Below the pieces are notes generated by a model. The model did no database searches. It saw nothing but the letters and a program-made list of their open reading frames with translations, and had not been told where the DNA came from. 64,000 bases of DNA from Azolla caroliniana (taxonomy: Eukaryota > Plantae > Polypodiophyta), in contig JBHGNT010000002.1 of the NCBI GenBank assembly GCA_043228905.1, forward strand, positions 5,828,001 to 5,892,000, given 5' to 3'. This document shows, one piece after another, positions 34,627-47,845 of the stretch (positions within the stretch are counted from its first letter, which is position 1; each line of letters begins with the position of its first letter). The translations under genes were made by a program, and so were the position numbers.

Positions 34627-37600
34627 ATGCAACTGGACATCTCCCGTCGCCCACATTCTCTTGGTTCCATTGCCGGACCATCAGGCAATTTCACATTGGA
34701 GGTATGGCTTTCGTTTAACTCTAGTTCCATTCAGTCTGTTGCTTTACTTGATTCTGGGGCATCTTCTTGCTTCATCGATGTCGCATTTGCCCAAGCACAT
34801 GGCGTACCTGTCGTTGGCCTCTCAAAACCCATTCCAGTTGAAGCCATCGACGGGTGCGTCCTCTCGTCAGGTGCAATTACTCAAGCTACAATCCCATTAG
34901 GGCTTCGGGTGGGCTCACACCAGGAGGAGCTCACCTTTTACCTCATCGCATCTCCTCGACATCTGATCGTCTTAGGACTAACGTGGTTGGAGGCGCATAA
35001 TCCAATAGTGGATTGGTGCAACCGCTCGATCACATTTAGCAAGCCAAGATGCTCGTGCAAAAGTATGAAGGTAAATTCAGTTTCCTATCCTTCGGAGACG
35101 GTCGACTCCGAATTGACTACCCTAGCATCGGTCCAGGATGGGTTTGTTTGTGGCGCCATTTCTAACACACTCCATGTTATTCCCGAAAAATACCAACACT
35201 TCTCCGACGTATTTGAAAAATGTAATGTTGATCATTTGCTTGAACATCGGCTCTACGACTGTCCAATTGATCTTCAAGAAGGTGCGTGTCCACCCTTTGG
35301 TCCTCTATATGCGTTGTCTGCACCAGAGTTGAAGGCCCTTCGTGTGTATCTCGATGAGAACCTCGAGAAAGGATTTATTCAACCTTCTAAGTCACCAGCC
35401 AGGGCCCCCATTTTATTTGTGAAGAAGAAGGACGGCTCTCTACACTTATGCGTCGACTACCGAGGTCTCCACAAACTCACTGTGCGCAACCGATATCCGC
35501 TACCTCTGATCCCCGAACTCCTTGATCGGCTCCGAGTTGCGCATGTCTTCTCCAAAGTTGATCTACGTGGAGCATACAATCTAGTACGCATCAAGCCGGG
35601 GGATGAATGGAAAACCGCATTTCGAACACGGTATGGGCATTTCGAATACAAGGTAATGCCTTTTGGTCTTACTAACGCTCCCGCAGTTTTTCAACATATG
35701 ATGAACGATATTTTCCAGGAATATCTTGATCTTTTCATTTTCATTTACCTCGATGATATTCTCATTTTCTCGCCAAACATGGAGGAACACACTCGCCAAG
35801 TCCGATTAGCTCTTGCCAAACTTTGCGAGCATGGCCTTTATGCCAAAGGCGAGAAATGCGAGTTCGACCGTACCTCGATCGAATTTCTGGGCTACATCAT
35901 CTCGCCCACTGGCATCACCATGGATATGAAGAAGGTCTCTGTCATTCAGGCGTGGGCGACTCCAAGGCGACTTAAAGATGTGCAATCCTTCCTCGGCTTT
36001 GCGAATTTTTACCGTCGCTTCATCAAGGGGTTTTCCACCCTAGCACAACCTCTTATCGCTCTCACCCATAAAGGCACTCCATTTTTATGGACCTCGGAGG
36101 CACAAAATGCGTTCGACTCACTCAAACACACATTCATCACTGCCCCAGTGCTGCTACATGCCGACCCCACAAAACCCTTCCAAGTCGAAACCGATGCCTC
36201 TGACTTTGCCATTGGCACCATCTTATCCCAGGCAGACGACAACAACCTAATGCACCTAGTGGCTTACTATTCCCGAAAATTTACGGCATCCGAAATCAAT
36301 TATCCCATTTATGACAAGGAGCTTGCTGCTATCATTGTTGCCTTTGAAGAATGGCGACCCTACTTGGCCGGCGCACAACATCGTGTCCAGGTAGTGACTG
36401 ATCATAAAAATTTAGTTTATTTTTCCACCACTCGTACTTTGAATCGAAGGCAGGCCCGTTCGTCGACATTTCTCGCCGACTACGATTTTGAGATCGTATT
36501 TCGACCTGGTGGCCAACATGGGAAGGTTGATGCCCTTTCTCGCCGAGCTGACCTTGCACTCCACCCTGGGGATGCTGCTTATGCTCAACAATCTAGAAGT
36601 TTGTTGAAACCCGACCAATTGCATCTTTTTGCCACTTGTATGTTGCAGGATGATTCTTTACTCCAACAAATCATTGATGCATCCAAGACCGATGCGTTCG
36701 CCAACGAGATTCGAGATAGTCTGCAAAACCCCTCCAAGGCGACCAAAAGGAAGGATCTTGACACCTTCACCATACAAGAGGGTTTGTTGTTCCGAGATCA
36801 TCTCTTATACGTCCCAGAGGGCCCATCTCGCACCCGGGTGTTGCGGGAATGCCACGATGACCCACTTGCAGGTCATTTCGGGGTCGCGAAAACCCTCGAG
36901 CTAATCTCTCGGGGGTATTGGTGGCCACAACCATGGAAGTTGGTCAAAGAATACATAAAGAGTTGTGAGGTTTTCACTCGCTCCAAAGCCATTCATCATC
37001 GGCCATACGACTTACTACAACCACTTCCATGTCCTCGTCGTCCTTGGGCCTCTATCTCTATGGACCTGATAACGGATCTACCCTTGGTCAATAACTATGA
37101 CTCGGTGTTGGTCGTTGTCGATCGGTTTACGAAGATGGCTCACTTCACTCCATGCTCCAAAACCATTTCCGGAGAAGGAATGGTGCATCTCCTACTCAAC
37201 AATGTGGTACACTTGCATGGACTCCCCGATGATGTCATCTCGGATCGTGGACCCCAGTTTGTCTCTCACTTCTGGCAGCACCTGCTACAAACTTTAGGCA
37301 TCTCTATCCAGTTGTCCTCTGCTTATCACCCCAAACTGACGGGCAAACGGAGCGTGTCAACCAAATCCTTGAGCAGTATCTTCGGTGCTCGGTTAGTTAC
37401 CAACAAGATGATTGGGTCAACTTACTTTCGCTCGCGGAATTCGCCTACAATAATTCTCTCCATGCATCGACTGGCGTCACTCCCTTCTTCGCCAACTACG
37501 GTTTACATCCTCGCTTCAACATTTCCCTTCCTACCACTTCCGTGAACCCTTCGGCGGAGGATCGCGCCCGCATTTTGGAAGAACTACATCATGATTTATC

Positions 37601-38181
37601 CTTGGAGCTCAGTCTTGCTAGTGAATGATACAAGACGCAGGTTGATCGCCATCGATCTTCCACTCCACACTTTGTCATTGGAGACATGGTCTGGTTGTTA
37701 TGTCGACACATCTCTACTACTCGTTCATGTGCGAAACTTGATTACAAGAAGTTGGGACCATTTCGTATCATCGAGTGCATCAATCCCGTCGCCTTCCGGC
37801 TCGCCCTTCCATCCCACTTCCGGATTCACGATGTTTTTCATGTCTCCCTCCTCGAACCCCATTATGGTTCACAACTCCCAGGACGTCAAGCCCCACCACC
37901 ACCACCTGTGCAATTGACGACAAGGGAGGAATACGAGGTCGACCAAATCCTTAATCCTTGACTCGCGTTGGCACTGTCGACACTTGCAATACCTCGTCCT
38001 ATGGAGGGGTTACCCCATGTCTGAGGCCACATGGGAACCATCGGCAAATTTACAAAATGCCCCAGAGGTCGTCCAAGATTTTCATCACCGATATCCCCAC
38101 AAACAAACAGCCGATTTGGGAAGGCGGCGTAGGAGGGGGGATAATGTCAAGATTCGAACTCTTGACACGACCATGTTATAA
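34627..38181 (+). pseudogene. Tcn1-like pol (PR-RT-RH-IN-chromodomain), frameshifted in late integrase
   Basis: 972-aa ORF with LLDSGAS, IYLDDILIFS, ETDASD, HDDPLAGHFG, SDRGPQF; then GPF and YLVLWRGY..EATWEP fragments. Confidence 0.93.
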
Positions 38182-41100
38182 TCTAGTATTATGAGTTAAC
38201 CAAGATATCTAGTACTAGTTATGTATGTAATTGGTCCTTATTATTTTGCTAGCATCATGTGCATAGTTGCTCCCTTGTAGTATTTACACTTGGCACATGC
38301 ATGCATACCTACATGCTCTATTGTAGATTCACATGCGTGCAACAAGTATGCATGCCATGTAGTATAAATAGAGGAGTTCACCTTGAAGGAATTCAAGGTG
38401 AACAACACCAGTTATGGAGTCTTTCCTTTAATACTATCTTCTTTCTTCACCATTTGGTTATCTTCTTGCTTGTCTCTTGAGCTTATGATCCGTGACATAG
38501 CAGACCGTTAGCGATGTGGAAGTATTCCTTTGAGGATGTGTTGGTGTCTGTTCAAGATTCAATTCTTGCGCAGTATTTCAAAATAACTATTATCAGGATA
38601 CTTTCCTCGAAGGTGATCATAAAGATCTAATGTTATTTTAGTGCATCAACGACAACGTTCATGGAATCTTTATGATATCGTATCGAAAAATCAAAGTCCT
38701 AGATGAGATTTGTCCATCGTGCCTTACAACCTTTAAGGTCTTGTTGGTCACAAAAATATTTCCGTAGTCACCACAAAACGATGTCCATAAAGATAATGAT
38801 GCCATGTTTTTAGTGCATGAATAACGGAAAATAATTCCTTTTCCTGCACGGTATATCGACACTAAGCAGAATCAAGTTTGTTACTCTCAAATGCTATTCA
38901 TTTACCATCCTGATATAGGATGGCACCCATAGCATAATCACTTGCATCGTTTTCAACTTCAAAAGGTTTTGAAGGATCCGGTAAATGAAGCGAAGGAGCC
39001 TTGCACACCAGGTCCTTAGGTTCCTTAAAGGTGAGGTCTAGTGTAGCATTCCACACAATGGGTTTTGTAGACTTACGTGTTTGACCTTTGAGAAGATCAG
39101 TAAATGGTGTCATTAATTGGGAGTAATTAAGAAAAGATTTTCGCAAAAACCCGACAAAACCAAGGAATGGTCGAACTTCTCGAATATTCCGAAGAGTGGG
39201 CCAATGTTTGACATTCTCGATGAGAGAAGGATCAATTTCAACTCCTCGTTCGGTTATGAGATGTCCAAGATATGTAATTGATTTCTTGAAGAACTCGCAT
39301 TTTGAGATCATCGCATAGAATTGCTTGTCACGCAATGTTTGTAAAACAAAGCAAACATGTTTTCCATGTTCTTCTAATGTACAACTATAAACTAGAATAT
39401 CATCCAAGAAAATAACGACAAATTTTCCAAGTTGTTCTCGGAAAATGTCATTCATTTCTTGTTGACATGTGGTCGGAGCGTTGGTCAAACCAAAAGGCAT
39501 AACCAAAAACTCATAATGTCCATAGTGCGTACGAAATGCCATTTTGGGAACATCTTCCTCACTTATACGAATTTGATGGTAGCCTGTACAAAGATCAATT
39601 TTTGTAAAATACGGAGCTCCTTGGAGACGATCAATTAGATCATTAGCCCGGGGCAATGGATATGAATTATTGATCGTCACTTTATTCAAGCGTCGGTAAT
39701 TAATACACATATGCCATGTGCCCTCTTTCTTTCTTATCAAGAGAATAGGTGCACCCCATGGAGATTTACTATAACGTATATAACCCATTCGTAAATAGTC
39801 CTTGAGTTGCTTAGATACCTCATCCTCTTCGGATCGAATTAAGCGATAAGGAGGTATACTTATTGGTGCAACACCAGGTACAATATGTATATGATGGTCT
39901 ATATTACGTTTAGGAGGTAACCCACATGGTAGTTCACACAAAAAAACATCACGAAAATCAGTTAAGATTTCATCGATTTGTTGTTGTTGAAAATATGATA
40001 ATTGACCCAAGAGATTATCGATATTATAAATGTGAATGTTTGGATCAAGTACACAATAAATAAAGAAGAACAAGACAACTCAGATATTGATGGAGAGGAA
40101 ACAATCGAAAGAGATTGTTTTTTTACACATTGAATAAAATGAGCACAATCGTTTAGTACAAAAGTAATTGAATGGTGAACCAATCAATAGATTAAGAAGA
40201 GTTTTTATTATAAAACTAGGGATAACCTAGTATTATATCAGTGGTACAAAGATTCATTACATGGGAGTCTACTTCGTCTATATAAGTATCAATAGAAATT
40301 CCTAACAAATGAATCGCCCCGTTAATGTATTGTACTCTTCCATCAACCAAGTGCACCTTATAGGTGTGATCACTTACGGTGGGTTGGATTCCCCATACTT
40401 GAACCAAATGATCATTCACAAAGTTGTATGAGCTTCCTGAATCAAATAAAAATGGTATGGGAGATCCATTTATATACCCGTTTGCACGCAGTAAATCATT
40501 GGGTCCCAATACATATTGAGGGAAAGAACATTGACAATTACTTAAATGATATGTATAGACCTAAAGGAGATTAGAAATCTGACCTTTATGGTCTGCACCT
40601 TTTGTTTTGCTGTCGTGCTCTATCCGTTGGAGCTTTCTATATTGCTCTTTTGTATAACCCTTCTTTTTGCAGAATACACAAAAAGGATGTTGTCTCTTAC
40701 TATCATGATCCATGAATTCGTTGGGTGTCTTGTGTTTCCCAGCGAATTGTGACTACTTAATCCCAAGCGCTTCATTGGGTTTGTTATGGTTCTTCTTCGA
40801 AGCGCGTTGATAACGAAGAACTATTTCAACGACCTCTTCGAAGGATTTGGGATCCTTATCATGCACTATCCAATCATAGTCCGAATTGGGGATGTCATTG
40901 ATGAAACAAATTATCAACCAATTGTCCCCTTCTAGACCCGAATTTTGGATTTGGGTTCTAGCATGGTGAAGATAGTCTTCTAGCGAGGAAAATTTCTGGC
41001 TAGAGAGGATCATTAATGCTTGTGTTGCCTCAATTCAAGATGGAGGTTGCAGAAATTGGCCCTTGAAAACTATGACAAAGTCTGTTAAGGTATCAGGCAA

Positions 41101-41968
41101 TTTCCCTATAGTGCGGAGCCCAAACCACTAGGTGGTGGCGGCCTTACCCCCTAGTGCTCGGCCGACAAATGCAATCTTCGTACTATCTAGCTTGGGATAG
41201 AGCTCAAAATGAGACTCTTATCGGCCCAACCATGTGTAGATTGCTTCTTCGGTTCTTTCCTTTTTTCTCTCCCGTAAATGGCTTTACGACGAATGATGGT
41301 TCACCTTGACACTCGTCGGATCAATTAGTATCATGCTGTAAACTAATGACACATGCCTCGAGAGCACTATGAGATTCCCAAAGTTCAGTCATTTGATGCA
41401 AGGTTGAATGAAGGAAATTTTGTATAAATGTAAAAAATACGACTCAATGGGGATTGGCCTAGGAGGATTTCCTTGATTTCCTTCCGCTTGTGTAGATGCC
41501 ATCGGGTCGTTATTATGAGCCATTGAATTATGATTTTTGGCAAAGAAATAGGATAAGGTCAAACAAATAGTCATAACATTATGTCGTGATGTAAACATAT
41601 CATGGGCCAACATTAATCGATATCATTATCTCACATCAATACCCCGCTAGACATATGAGATGATGTTGAAGATGAGGTTACTATGGTAACACAAAGGTGT
41701 TTTAAAAACCATGGGGGTGACAAATGAATGTCTTTCCCTTATCTCTATATCGATTTTTTTATGGCAGTGAGTTGAGGCTCAACCATGTACGTTTGTGTCA
41801 TGAATAGTTTAAACACAAAAAAATGTTAACAATAAATTATGTCTCTGTACCCACGCATGTGGTTTCGACTGTTTAAGTCCTATGATGAGGACCTCGAAGC
41901 GCACTTAGGCCTAAAGTCTAAACATGTGTTATAGTCATATGTATCAACAATGTTGTATGGTATTAGTC

Positions 41969-42020
41969 ATATTTGAACTTGAGACCTCGAGAACAAATGC
42001 ATTAACCACTTGAGCTAACC
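41969..42020 (-). other. tRNA-derived (SINE-like) relic
   Basis: Minus strand reads GGTTAGCTCAAGTGGTTAATGC...AGTTCAAAT (A and B boxes); too short for a full cloverleaf. Confidence 0.45.
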
Positions 42021-42164
42021 AATCGGTTTGCTCATTTTGAATGTTTAATGTTTTATGCGTATAAGAGATATGCAAAGGCATTGCCTGCATATGTTTTTGA
42101 AAAGAAAACATACATGTCGAGAGTCCTTAATTCCCCCTTGTTTACACAAAACTAGGTTGGTATG

Positions 42165-43900
42165 TTACCTAACCTCAAGTCTCGTAATTACGATGGCATA
42201 TATGTAGCCGGATCGATCCGGTGTACGCAAGTCATTGAACAACTCTTTGTGGGATGTCATGTGATGTGAGGCGCTGGAATCGACGAACCACATGTCTTCC
42301 GAGTTGGAGGTGCTTGCGGAGTTGGAGGCCGACTTGGAGTTTGCTCTATGCATCATTACGAATAGTCCGCTGTAATCATCGTATTCGGAGTTGACGACGT
42401 AATTCGTAAGTTGTCGAAGCCGACTCGTTTCTTCTTTTTCATGACTCCACGCGGTGGCCGATTTTGCCGGAATAGTTGCAATCATAGATTGACACATGCG
42501 TGATATTCTCCATGCGCAATATTCTCAATATTCGAGAATACAAAATGCCCCCAAGAATCTTAAAAACCAATTCGTTTTGCAAAATATATATATAATATTT
42601 ATTTATTTAAATAAATTTATTTCACCAAAAAAAGAAAAATTATTCATTAATAGATTATAGTGTCAAGAGAGTTTATGAAATTTATTTTAATTAATCAATT
42701 TATTTATTTATTTTTAAAAAACGAATACTTATAACTTATAAGTTATACATTTATTATAAAAATTTAGTTATACTTACAAATATGATTAGTATGAACTTTG
42801 AAGATATGATTAGTTTGAAGTACTATTTTTAATGTCAAAATAAAAATATCCATAAATTTTGAGGGAATAAAAAGTGAGAAATTAATGAGCCTTTATTTTA
42901 TTTTATTTATTTATTAAAAATAAAACGAATACATACTTATAACTTATAAGTTATACATTCATTATAAAAATTTTGTTAAACGAATACTTGACCACCCATT
43001 CGTATTCGTATTCGTTTACATTCGAATGGGAAACCCGACGAATGCGAATATGTCAATCTATGTTTGCAAGTTGCGGGCCTCGTTTGCCGACCTTGTTCAA
43101 CATGGAAGCTCCCCCTTCTTCTAAAGGTTCCTTGATGGCTTCCGTGAAGGTTTGAGTTCACTTCCTGTGATGGGCCAAATTGACCTCTTCTACCATCGTG
43201 ACCTCGTCCTCGTCCACCGTCCGAACTTGAGAAGAACATTTGTCCTCCTGATGTCTTCGTCTTGGTTTGGACGTGGTTCTCTTCGACCAATAACATTGAT
43301 TGGAGGTTGAAGAATGAAGGAGGGTTTTGTCTTGCCAAGATTGTCGTTTGTAATTGATCGAATCGTTGTGCGAGGCCGCCCAAACATACTTGAACCATCT
43401 CTTCTTCATCGACATTTATTTTGATGGAGCCAAGTGAGTTGGAAATGCTTTTGATCTTGGTGGTGTAATCTGACACAGACATGTCTTTTTACCGAATGTT
43501 GTTCAACTGTTGTCAGAGTTGAAGCTTTCGGGCGGCCGTGTTGGCAGCGAACATTTTCTTTAAGTTTTCCCACGCCTCTTTGGGTGTCTTGGCGTCTCGA
43601 ATGTGGCTAACCATGTGTTCGTGGACACATGTTGCCAAGCAATAAATGACTCGACTCGCCGCTTGCTCCCATGTTGCGTAGTCATCGTTCTTTGAGGCAG
43701 GTCGATTTTCTTGAGTGTCGTTGATGTAGCTCCAATACCCTTGTCCGATGATGTATTGGGTCATCTTGTACTCCCAGGATGAATAATTGCTACGGTCTAG
43801 CTTTTCACTAGGGACTGAGCTACCCATTTGTGTGTTCATGTTGATTAGTGTCTTCTCTTCTTTTGCTTTTCTTCCTCCGATCACGTATACGTGCTACCTA
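42165..43900 (-). pseudogene. Copia gag-PR fragment (A-like family E)
   Basis: KLDRSNYSSWEYKM, WEQAASRV and WFVDSSASHHMT motifs. Confidence 0.85.
42483..43062. mobile_element. hAT-type MITE inserted in the copia gag zinc-knuckle region
   Basis: TIR CATAGATTGACA / TGTCAATCTATG; degenerate 8-bp TSD GTTGCAAT/TTTGCAAG; AT-rich interior; ATTCG subterminal repeats. Confidence 0.75.
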
Positions 43901-44074
43901 GCAGCATTACGATAGCGGATTGCCGGAATTTGTCGTTGGCGTTTTGAACACACAATTATGAAGTGACAGATGGGCTTAGGCATTTAATTAAGTATGGGTT
44001 AATTAGTACCTAATTATGTGATTAAGTTAAGCGCAAGATTATGTGATATGTGTGTGTATGTGTGTGAGAGGAAG

Positions 44075-47000
44075 TGTCAGGAATAGTACTAAAGCAGAGA
44101 TGGAATTAGTACTAAGAAGAGCAGTACTATTAGTACTAAGAGGACTGGACTGCGTAAGATTCCTGAGAGAGAGGAAGTGAGAAGAGGAGAGAGAGAGATA
44201 GCGAAGATGAGAGAGAGAGAAAGATGATGACAACAACTAATATATTATGTGAAAAAGATAAGTATAAGCGGCTAAGAGGCTTAAGACTGGTGTTGAACCA
44301 ATTTGGTTCAACATAACGCCTAGTGCCTTCTTTTATAGTGTTGTCAGGAGTAATCCTGAAACTTCTAGAATGTTCCAGAGAAATCTGGAATATACATTAC
44401 TTTCTTATAATAAAACATAAATGAAAATAATATCCTATGAATTACAATAGATGGTGTGATGGTTAAGAGTTCGACCCATATACCATAAGGTCATGGGTTC
44501 GAGTCTTGCCATATCATGACACTATCTCCCCCTTAAAGACGATGAGTGGAACGAGTTAGCGCTGATTGCGGACCGGGTTTGTTCGGATACTTTCGGTGGA
44601 AATCAGCAAGCAGATCCTGAGCATTGGCAACATGCTCGACGGGTTCCCAAGTGCGTTCGCTCGGACTATAACCAAGCCAATCAACTAAATAATAAAGTTT
44701 GTTGCGAATAAGTTTGGAATCGAGGATGGCAGCAACTTCATACTCCGGACCGACGTCCAACTCCAGCGGGGGCGGCGGTGGTGTAACACGATCGGGAATG
44801 GTGTTTGCTTTATAAGGTTCAAGAAGAGAACAATGGAAAACCGGATGTATCTGAAGTTGCGGAGGGAGATCAAGGCGGAATGTGACATCATTAACCTTAC
44901 CCGTAATACGGAAAGGACCGAATCGTCGATAATCCAACTTGTCGCACGATCGAGTAGTCTTGATGGGACGACGTAAGAGCCATACTCGATCTCCCATGGC
45001 AAAAGAGGAGGGAAGCCGATGACGATCCGCGTAAGTCTTCTGTGTCTGTTGAGCATGACGAAGATGAGTCGAGAGATCTGTTTGGATCTTGCGTAGTCTC
45101 TCCAAATGATCCCCGGCACGAGGATTGGTAGGTAGCTCCGGGGTGTCGATCACCGACCAGCGAGGATGAGAACCGGTATAAGCGTAGAATGGGGAGACTC
45201 GAGTCGAGGAGTGAACAACATTATTATACGCAAACTCCGCAAAGTGGAGAATCTCGGCCCAATCGTCTTGTTGATAACTCAGGAAACACCGGAGATATTG
45301 CTCCAGCGTTTGGTTTGTTCGTTCTGCCTGCCCATCGGTCTGAGGATGGTAGCCGGAGGAGAGGTTTCAAGAGACCTTGAGCATCTTGAAGAGATGCTGC
45401 CAAAATTTGGAAACAAATTGCGGTCCTTGGTCACTGATGATACTGTCTGGGAGGCCATGATGCCAAAATACCTCACGCATGACTAGGGCGGCGGTTTCCT
45501 CACTAGTGATGGCCTTAGTACATGGAACAAAATGTGCCAACTTCGTATATTGATCGATGACGGTTAAGATAGCATCGAACCCCTGCGCGACCGGCAGATC
45601 TGTGATAAAATCCAGACAAATAGACTGCCACGGCTTACTTGGAATTGGTAAGGGTTCCAACAAGCCATATGGATGGTGTCATGGCATCTTTGCTCGACAA
45701 CAAGCATCAGAGGTCCGAACGTAGTCGTCGACAAAAGGGCGCATGTGGGGCCACCAAAAAGATCGTTGCACTAGCTCCAACGTCTTAGTACCACCGAAAT
45801 GTCCTGCCGTATGGGTGTCGTGACAATGTTGGACGATTTGAAGGCGAAAGGAGCAATCAGGGACATATACGCGCTTTTTAAAGAATAACGAACCATCATG
45901 ATATTCGAATTGTTGGTAGTCAATACTTGGTTGTTGAGACTAAGAGCAGGATGCCCGAGAAGTATCAATGTGCGTCAGGATGTCTTGAGCAAAACTATCC
46001 GTCTTCAAGTTTGCACGTATGTCATCGGTAATCCGTGAATCCATCGGGGTGTGAAAAATCCGCGTCGTGTGCAATCGTGTTGGTCCCAAGATTACTTGCT
46101 TTTGATTATCAAATGTTGGATCACTAGGACGAGGTGCAAGATATGAACGCCGTGATAGTGCATCTGCTTTTCCTTGCTGCTTCTTCGGTCGATATGTGAT
46201 TTTGAAGTCGAAACGCGTGAGGAATTGCGCCCACCGAGCTTGTCGTCGATTTAGTACACGAGCGTTCTGGAAATAAGCAAGATTTTTATGATCACTAAAG
46301 ACAATGACCTGATGTGGAGAGCCCTCTAAGAAATGCCGCCATTGCACAAATGAATCCACGATGGCTAATAACTCCTTGTCATGTATTTCGTAGTTGATTT
46401 CCGTGACATCGAATTTGCGTGAGTGGAAAGCCACCGGATGCAACTCTTCTTTATCTCCTTGTTGAGAAAGGATGCTATCGAGGGCGAAATCTGAAGCGTC
46501 GGCCTCCATGATGAATGGTTTGCTGATACCCACATGAGCTAGAATCGGTGCTGATGTAAAGGCTTTCTTAAGATGCCGAAAAGCCATATCTGCTTCAATG
46601 GACCAAAGAAATGCTTGGCCCTTCTTCGTAAGTTGTGTGAGGGGTAAAATAATCTTTGAGTAATCCTGTATAAACTTACGGTAGAAGTTAGCAAAACCTA
46701 GAAAACATTGTACATCTCATACCAACCGTGGAATTTGCCATTCTAGTATAGTTTGGACTTTAGCTGGATCCATGGCGATGCCCTTTGAGGAGATGACGTA
46801 GCCTAGAAATTCCACTTGCTTGCAGTCAAAGCTACATTTTTCTAGCTTGGCATAAAGACCATTATCGCGGAGTCGCTTTAGTACTAATAGTACATGAGAA
46901 TCGTGCTCTTGCTAGGTCTTCGAATAAATCAATAGATCATCTAGATAGATGATCAAACAGATATCCAAGAGGTCTCTGAATATATCATTTGCCATGTGTT

Positions 47001-47845
47001 GGAAGACTGCGGGTGCATTGGTTAGGCTGAACGGCATAACAGTATACTCGAAATGCCCATACCACGTGCGAAAGGCGGTCTTCCATTCATCTCCCGGTCG
47101 GATCCGCACGAGGTTATACGCTCCTCGTAGATCAATTTTGGTAAAAAACTTGGCACCATTAACTCGCTCTAAAAGACTTGATATAAGAGGAAGTGCATAC
47201 CTATTCCGGATGGTGACCTTATTCAATCCGCGGTAATCAACGACGAGACGAAGTGAGCCATCTTTCTTCTTGATAAAGAAGATGGGTGCACCGGCCGGAG
47301 ATTTCGAATGACGGATGAACCCGCTTACCAAGTTCTCCTCTATGTAGGCTCGAAGGACTTCTAACTTGGTGGGTGACAAGTTGTAAATTGGTTCAAACTG
47401 TCAGGAATAGTACTAAAGCATAGATGGAATTAGTACTAAGAAGAGCAATACTATTAGTACTAAGAGGATGGGACTGTGTAAGATTCCTAAGAGAGAGGAA
47501 GTGAGAAGAGGAGAGAGAGAGATAGCGAAGATGAGAGAGAGAGAAAGATGATGACAGCAGCTAATATATTATGTGAAAAAGATAAGTACAAGTGGCTAAG
47601 AGGCTTAAGACTGGTGTTGAACCAATTTGGTTCAACATAACGCCTAGTGCCTTCTTTTATAGTGTTGTCAGTAGTAATCCTGAAACTTCTAGAATGTTCC
47701 AGAGAAATCTGGAATATACATTACTTTCTTATAATAAAACATAAATGAAAATAATATCCTATGAATTACAATAGATGGTGTGATGGTTAAGAGCTCGACC
47801 CATATACCATAAGGTCATGGGTTCGAGTCTTGCCATATCATGATA
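44075..47845 (-). mobile_element. Tcn1-like chromovirus lacking gag/PR, LTRs 44075-44521 and 47399-47845
   Basis: LTR pair; TSD GGAAG/GGAAA; RT 46912-47379; RH 45940-46587; IN plus chromodomain 44533-45663; PPT at 44522-44534. Confidence 0.93.

Larger units (their letters stand above)
33204..38497 (+). mobile_element. Near-intact Tcn1-like chromovirus, 353-bp LTRs 33204-33556 and 38145-38497
   Basis: LTRs differ at about 7 positions by eye; TSD GAGCA/TAGCA; PPT AGGAGGGGGG at 38131-38140; gag with CCHC; pol; chromodomain. Confidence 0.95.
31248..41520 (-). mobile_element. Decayed chromovirus (Ty3/gypsy) with fold-back 3' LTR 31248-31868; 5' LTR absent
   Basis: gag ~40753-41520; PR (LFDSGSSYNF, 40216-40509); RT (VIFLDDILVYS, 38898-40073); IN 32378-33200; GPF motif plus chromodomain 31855-32361; PPT at 31869-31881. 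Confidence 0.9.
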
